A stretch of DNA of 64,000 nucleotides, taken from the NCBI GenBank assembly GCA_963764025.1, contig CAVXRK010000003.1, positions 304,561-368,560 of the forward strand. The letters run 5' to 3'. How positions within the stretch are numbered: the first letter of the stretch is position 1; every line of letters starts with the position of its first letter. The translations under genes and the position numbers were made by a program. This DNA comes from an uncultured Acidobacteriota bacterium (lineage in GTDB: Bacteria > Acidobacteriota > Thermoanaerobaculia > UBA5066 > Gp7-AA6). The notes beneath the pieces were generated by a model. It saw nothing but the letters and a program-made list of their open reading frames with translations. It was not told the DNA's origin and ran no database searches. Shown one piece after another: positions 59,979 through 64,000 of the stretch.

Positions 59979-62900
59979 GTGCTCCTCGCGCTGCTCCTTT
60001 TCGCTGCGAGGGCCGCGCCGCTCTCGCCCGGACAGCTCCAGGCGCTGCAGTCCGATCGCAACGTGGGTCTCGCCGCCCTCGAAGAGGGCAACCTCGCGGA
60101 GGCGGCCCGCCGCTTCGAGCGGGTGCGCCAAACCGCGCCGTCCGACCCGCTCGGCTGGGCGAACGGAGCAGTCGCCGCCATGCGGGCGAAAGACCTGGCC
60201 GCGGCGGAAAAGCTTCTCGCGGAGGCGTTGAAGCTTTCGCCTTCGGACCCGAGGCTCGCCGCCCTCGACGGGGTGCGGCGCGAGCTCGCGGGCGACCGGC
60301 GCGGCGCCGAGAACGCCTACGGCCGGGCCGTCTCTGCGGCCGCCGGAGACCTGCCCTCGCGCTGGGCGCAGGCCCGGCTGGCGAGCAGCCGCGGAGCGGA
60401 GGGCCAGCGGGTCGCCGCGGCCGAAGTGGACGCGGCCCTCGCGCAGGCGCCCAACAATCTCTTTCTTCTGGTTCGCCGCGCCGAGCTCGCCCGGGAGCTT
60501 CACGACGCCACCGCGGCGGCCTCGGCACGGGACCGCCTGACGCGCCTCTCGGTCGGAGACGCCCGGCTCGAGCGGGCGCTCTCCGAGGCGGCCGCGGCCG
60601 ATCTCGCGGGCGACACGAAAGCCGCGGACCTGAAGTACCGCATCGTCGAGAACATCCTCCGCACGACGCCGCGCTACCAGCAGGCGCGTCGGGACGCCGA
60701 GCCGCAATTCGTCGGGCTGCCGCTCGAAGAGTGGTCCCCGGAGCTCGCGGCCGCCATGCGCGGGCGCGCGGGACGGCCGGTCCCGGTGAAGTTCGCGCCG
60801 GTCGCCGGAAGGGGGCTCGAAGGCGTCGAATCGGCCTCGGTCGTCCGAGTCACGGGGGCCTCGGGCCGCGACCTGCTCTTCGCGGGCGCTTCGGGCCTGC
60901 GCATCGCGGCGGCATCGGGGACGGCGTATCGCCTCGGGGAGGCGATCCCGGGCTCGCCGGCGACCGACGCGGCCGTCGCCGACGTGCTGAACTCGGGCTC
61001 TCTCGACGTCGCGACGCCCGGAGCCCTGTGGATCCGCGACGCCTCGGGCTTCCGCAAGACTTCGATCGCGGGGGGCGAGCGGATCATTCCGTTCGACGTC
61101 GACGCGGACGGGGACCTCGATCTGTACGTGGCGGGCCCGGCGGGCGACCACCTCCTCCGCAACAATCTCGACGGGACGTTCACCGACGTGACGGAGGCGG
61201 CCGGTCTTCCGAAGGGCGTCGCCTCGCGCGCGGCCGTCGCCGCGGACTTCGACCGCGACGGCGACATCGACCTGCTCGTCGCGCCCGCCGGCGGGGGCTT
61301 CGCGCTGTACGACAACCTGCGGGGCGGGCGGCTCGCGCGGCGGGACGCGGGCCTTCCCGGACGCGGAAACGTCCGGGCGGCCGCGGCCGGCGATCTCGAC
61401 GGGGACGGGCGCCTCGACCTCGTCTGGGCCGGCGACGGCGGCGCGTTCTTCGCCCTGAACCGCGGCGACGGCACGTTCCTCGAGCCGAAGCCCCTGGGTC
61501 GCGGCGATTCGCCGCTCCTCTTCGATTACGACAACGACGGATTTCTCGACGTGCTCCTCGTCTCCGCGACGGAGGCCTCGGCGCTGTGGCGCAACGCCGG
61601 CGAGGGCCGCTTCGAGCCGGCGGCGGTCGGAGGGCTGCCGGCCGGGGTGGCGGCGGAAGCGGTCGACTTCGACGGCGACGGCGATCTCGACCTCGTCTTC
61701 GTGACGCCGCGGGGGAGCGCGGTGCTGCTCTCGAACGACGGCGGCAACGCGAACGGCTGGATCGACGTGGCGCTCGAGGGCCTCCCGACCGGGTCCGCCA
61801 AAGTGAACCGGTTCGGCTACGGTTCCGAGGTCGAGGCGCGGTCGGGGGACCTCTACGTCTATCGCATCGCGTCCCGCCCAGTCACGCGGCTCGGACTCGG
61901 CGACCGGCGCCGGGCCGACGTCCTTCGGGTGGTGTGGACGAACGGCGTTCCGCAGAACGCGCTCGATCCGAGGGTGCGCGCGGTCCTGCGCGAGGTGCAG
62001 CAGCTCAAGGGCTCCTGCCCGTTTCTCTACGCCTTCGACGGCGGGCAGTGGCGCTTCGTGACCGACGTGCTCGGGCGCGCGCCGGCCGGCCTTCTTTACG
62101 ACGGGGTTCACCAGGCCGCCGCCGACACGCGCGAGTGGCTCGCGGTTCCGGGTCGCCTCCTCGGGCCGGTCGGCGGGCGTCTGACGCTCGACCTGACGGA
62201 GGAGCTGTGGGAGACCGCCTACATCGACCTCGCCGAGCTCCGCGCGGTCGATCATCCCTCGAGCGTCGAGATCGTTCCCGACGAGAAGATGGTGCCTCCG
62301 CCGTTTCCCGACAAGACCCTCTTCACCGTCGCGCATCCGTGGACACCCAGGGCGCGGGACGAGGCCGGGCGCGACCGCACCGCCGAAATCACTTCCGAGG
62401 ACGGAATTTTCCTCGGAGGATTCACGCCGACGAACTATCAGGGGATCGTCGCGCCGCACGTGCTCGAGCTCGAGCTGACAGGCGCCCGGGGCGCCCGCAG
62501 GGTCATGCTCTACCTCACGGGGTGGATCCAGTATGCCGACACGTCGATCAACGTCTCGCTCTCGCAGCGGCGCGACCTCGCGGCCGAGGGCCCGGTCCTC
62601 GAAGTGCCGGACGGGCGTGGGGGGTGGAGGACGGCCATCGCGCCGATGGGCTATCCGGCCGGCAAGACCAAGACCATGCCGATCGACCTTTCCGCAGTCC
62701 TCGATCCGGCCGACCCGCGCGTGCGCATCCGGACGAACCTCGCCATCTACTGGGACCGCATCGTCTATACGGTCGACGAGCCCCCGGCGCCGCTTCGCAT
62801 CGTTTCCGCGCCGCTCGTGTCGGCCGAGCTCTCGGAGCGCGGGTTCTCCCGAATGATGCGTGCCTCGGACGAGAGCCCGCACGTGTTCGTTCACGACGAC

Positions 62901-63305
62901 GTGACGACGGAGCCCCGCTGGGCCGACATGGCCGGCTGGTACACGCGCCTCGGGGACGTCCGCCCGCTTCTTTCGGCGGCGGACGACCGGTACGTCGTCA
63001 TGAAGGGAGGCGATGCCGTGCGGCTGACCTTCGACGCCTCGGCGCTGCCGCCGGTGCCCGAGGGCTGGGTGCGGGACTGGCTGTTCGTCGCGGACGGCTG
63101 GGACAAGGACGCCGACAAGAACACGGTCGCGGGCCAGACGGTCGAGCCGCTGCCGTTTCACGGCATGGACGACGGCCGCTACGGCGAGATCGACTTCCCG
63201 GACGGGGAGGAGCACCGCGCGTTCGTCCGCGAGTGGCTGACCCGGTGGGGCGGGCCGGAGGAGTTTCGGGACGCGGTGAGGAAATCGGTAAGCAGTAAGC
63301 AGTGA
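59979..63305 (+). CDS. TPR + FG-GAP/VCBS + ASPIC/UnbV (CRTAC1-like) secreted protein
   Basis: TPR-like N-terminus, repeated 'D.DGDGD.DL', 'VVWTNGVPQN', 'LKGSCPFLYAFDG'. Confidence 0.85.
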   Translation: MLLALLLFAARAAPLSPGQLQALQSDRNVGLAALEEGNLAEAARRFERVRQTAPSDPLGWANGAVAAMRAKDLAAAEKLLAEALKLSPSDPRLAALDGVRRELAGDRRGAENAYGRAVSAAAGDLPSRWAQARLASSRGAEGQRVAAAEVDAALAQAPNNLFLLVRRAELARELHDATAAASARDRLTRLSVGDARLERALSEAAAADLAGDTKAADLKYRIVENILRTTPRYQQARRDAEPQFVGLPLEEWSPELAAAMRGRAGRPVPVKFAPVAGRGLEGVESASVVRVTGASGRDLLFAGASGLRIAAASGTAYRLGEAIPGSPATDAAVADVLNSGSLDVATPGALWIRDASGFRKTSIAGGERIIPFDVDADGDLDLYVAGPAGDHLLRNNLDGTFTDVTEAAGLPKGVASRAAVAADFDRDGDIDLLVAPAGGGFALYDNLRGGRLARRDAGLPGRGNVRAAAAGDLDGDGRLDLVWAGDGGAFFALNRGDGTFLEPKPLGRGDSPLLFDYDNDGFLDVLLVSATEASALWRNAGEGRFEPAAVGGLPAGVAAEAVDFDGDGDLDLVFVTPRGSAVLLSNDGGNANGWIDVALEGLPTGSAKVNRFGYGSEVEARSGDLYVYRIASRPVTRLGLGDRRRADVLRVVWTNGVPQNALDPRVRAVLREVQQLKGSCPFLYAFDGGQWRFVTDVLGRAPAGLLYDGVHQAAADTREWLAVPGRLLGPVGGRLTLDLTEELWETAYIDLAELRAVDHPSSVEIVPDEKMVPPPFPDKTLFTVAHPWTPRARDEAGRDRTAEITSEDGIFLGGFTPTNYQGIVAPHVLELELTGARGARRVMLYLTGWIQYADTSINVSLSQRRDLAAEGPVLEVPDGRGGWRTAIAPMGYPAGKTKTMPIDLSAVLDPADPRVRIRTNLAIYWDRIVYTVDEPPAPLRIVSAPLVSAELSERGFSRMMRASDESPHVFVHDDVTTEPRWADMAGWYTRLGDVRPLLSAADDRYVVMKGGDAVRLTFDASALPPVPEGWVRDWLFVADGWDKDADKNTVAGQTVEPLPFHGMDDGRYGEIDFPDGEEHRAFVREWLTRWGGPEEFRDAVRKSVSSKQ
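63286..63305 (+). repeat. Short heptamer repeat CGGTAAGCAGTAAGCAGTGA (same unit as 53653-53712, opposite strand)
   Basis: First 18 nt are identical to the reverse complement of 53697-53714. Confidence 0.8.
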
Positions 63306-64000
63306 AGAGACTTCTCCTCGTTGCGATTGTCGGGCCGGCGGCTGCTCTGCTGGCGGCGGGGGCGAAGCCGGCAGGGTTGTTTCGGGACGTCACGAAGAGC
63401 TCGGGGATCAAGATGGCGGTCAACTCCGATCTGATGCGATTGAAGCTCATCGCGACGATGGTCGGCGGTTGCGCGATCGGGGACTACGACGGCGACGGCC
63501 GGCCCGACCTCTACGTGACCAACTCCGTGCCGCGCTGGGGCAAGCCCAACGCGGACCACTGCGGCCGTCTCTTCCACAACGTCGGAGGCGGGCGCTTCGA
63601 GGAGACGACCGCGGCATCCGGCATCCGGGCCTGCGGCCTCGGCATGGGTGCGTTCTGGGCCGACCTCGACGGCGACGGCCGGCCCGACCTTTACCTGACG
63701 AACGTCGGCCCGAACGCCGTCTGGTGGAACCGGGGGGACGGGACGTTCGTGGAGGGCCGGGACACCGGCCTCGAGGACCCGCTCTTTTCGGTCGGCGCCG
63801 GGTTCCTCGATTACGACGGCGACGGCCGGCTCGACGTCGCCGTCGCCAACTACCTCGACTCGACGCCGGAGTGGGAAACGGCGCAAGCGCAGTTCGAGCT
63901 CCGCGTGCCGGAGGACTACCGGGGGCAGCCGTCGCACCTCTATCGCAACGAGGGTGGGCGTCGCTTTCGCGACGTGACGGAGGCGGCGGGCCTCGCGTTG
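63302..64000 (+). CDS. CRTAC1-family FG-GAP repeat protein (runs off the window edge)
   Basis: Not in the ORF track. GTG 63302: MKRLLLVAIVG...FRDVTKSSGI...GDYDGDGRPDLYVTN...ADLDGDGRPDLYLTN. Confidence 0.85.
   Translation, partial: MKRLLLVAIVGPAAALLAAGAKPAGLFRDVTKSSGIKMAVNSDLMRLKLIATMVGGCAIGDYDGDGRPDLYVTNSVPRWGKPNADHCGRLFHNVGGGRFEETTAASGIRACGLGMGAFWADLDGDGRPDLYLTNVGPNAVWWNRGDGTFVEGRDTGLEDPLFSVGAGFLDYDGDGRLDVAVANYLDSTPEWETAQAQFELRVPEDYRGQPSHLYRNEGGRRFRDVTEAAGLAL

Overview
High-GC bacterial chromosomal window. The gene repertoire (CRTAC1/ASPIC-UnbV proteins, Gld-like ABC system, propeller-GGDEF sensor) suggests an Acidobacteriota-like organism; this is inference only. It holds about 55 genes: housekeeping (ftsK, fmt, rsmB, groES/groEL with a CIRCE-like operator, PBP1B, a uvrA homologue, mlaEFD-like, plsC-like, mrp), two surface-glycan regions (about 10.9-30.7 kb and 51.3-54.7 kb), and ABC systems. 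I found no rRNA, tRNA, CRISPR array or transposase. Most notable: (1) a LAGLIDADG intein inside the CxxxCxxC motif of a radical SAM protein; (2) a tandemly duplicated module of a small membrane-anchored protein plus a GT-C-like polytopic protein, beside a third GT-C-like gene and an amino-sugar/GtrB-like pathway; (3) heptamer tandem repeats that supply the same C-terminus to two unrelated genes and form an in-frame insert in uvrA; (4) a repeated ACTTT-N7-AAAGT operator around a winged-helix regulator module; (5) -10-like hexamers 6-9 nt before many start codons, suggesting widespread leaderless transcripts. Two +1 frameshifts (ftsK and one GT-C-like gene) may be sequencing errors. All family assignments come from motif recognition by eye, not database searches.
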